DNA of 64,000 bases from IMG/VR virus record IMGVR_UViG_3300037882_001770, positions 62,001-126,000 of that record, one strand, 5' to 3'. Numbering within the stretch: the first letter of the stretch is position 1; each line of letters opens with the position of its first letter. Below the pieces are notes generated by a model. It was not told the origin of the DNA, did no database searches, and worked only from the letters and a program-made list of their open reading frames with translations. Positions 63,687 to 64,000 of this stretch are shown here, one piece after another. The translations under genes were made by a program, and so were the position numbers.

Positions 63687-64000
63687 TGTTTGCACGTCCA
63701 GAAGAAAGTCATGTTCACAGTTTAGAAACATTAAACGCACTCTACGAGTACGATGATTTTATGGGCAGTATTAAATCAGTAGTGGATATTGGTTGCGGCG
63801 CAGGGCTGGATACCGAATGGTGGGCAACAAGAACAACCAGAGACGACAATCCAGAACCATTAAATATTGAATGTGTTGGAATTGATCTTTTACCTAACCT
63901 GCCCATGGCAAGAAAATACCCAAACATTAAATATCGATCAGCTGACTTTGAAGAAAACATCTCCAGTTTTACTAAAAATAAATTTGATGTGTTATGGTGC
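63686..64000 (+). CDS. Class I SAM-dependent methyltransferase, 5' part (absent from the ORF track)
   Basis: Manual translation MFARPEESH...SVVDIGCGAGLD...VGIDL...FDVLWC, open to the window end; TAATG coupling. Confidence 0.8.
   Translation, partial: MFARPEESHVHSLETLNALYEYDDFMGSIKSVVDIGCGAGLDTEWWATRTTRDDNPEPLNIECVGIDLLPNLPMARKYPNIKYRSADFEENISSFTKNKFDVLWC

Noticed and set aside
1-64000. CRISPR array, TIGR-like array or tRNA genes
   Set aside because: No regularly spaced repeat-spacer series or cloverleaf with T-loop consensus was seen in any intergenic gap.
1-64000. Genome-wide stop codon reassignment
   Set aside because: TGA terminates genes at 4268, 6028, 37113, 40560, 47141 and 52146 and TAG at 6503 and 46779, and core genes are intact in the standard code.

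Overview
64 kb segment of a large T4-like (Tevenvirinae/Kyanoviridae-type) myovirus, standard genetic code. It holds most of the virion morphogenesis module: baseplate gp53/gp48-54/gp26/gp51-like genes, tape-measure-like protein, portal gp20, core, protease gp21, scaffold gp22, capsid gp23, a 12 kb tail-fibre cluster, gp13/14/15, sheath gp18, tube gp19, gp4, gp16-like and gp17. It also holds late sigma gp55, gp46/47, dNMP kinase, gp32, UvsX and UvsY. Interspersed are three free-standing homing endonucleases and many accessory enzymes (glycosyltransferase-like proteins, radical SAM, 2OG oxygenase, Nudix, secreted thermonuclease, aminoacyl-transferase-like GNAT). The most notable unexplained signals are: (1) a ~55-nt leader with base-pair covariation shared by two unrelated homing endonuclease genes; (2) a ~420-nt hairpin-dense non-coding region directly behind a small GIY-YIG gene, a candidate large structured RNA; (3) FlmG-like and Maf/CstII-like glycosyltransferase genes bracketing the Ser/Thr/Asn-rich fibre genes, a possible virion glycosylation system; (4) an ATE/Bpt-like transferase triad coupled to baseplate genes; (5) widespread apparently leaderless genes; (6) an in-frame TGA near the end of a GT-like gene. 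All family calls come from motif recognition by eye; no searches were run.
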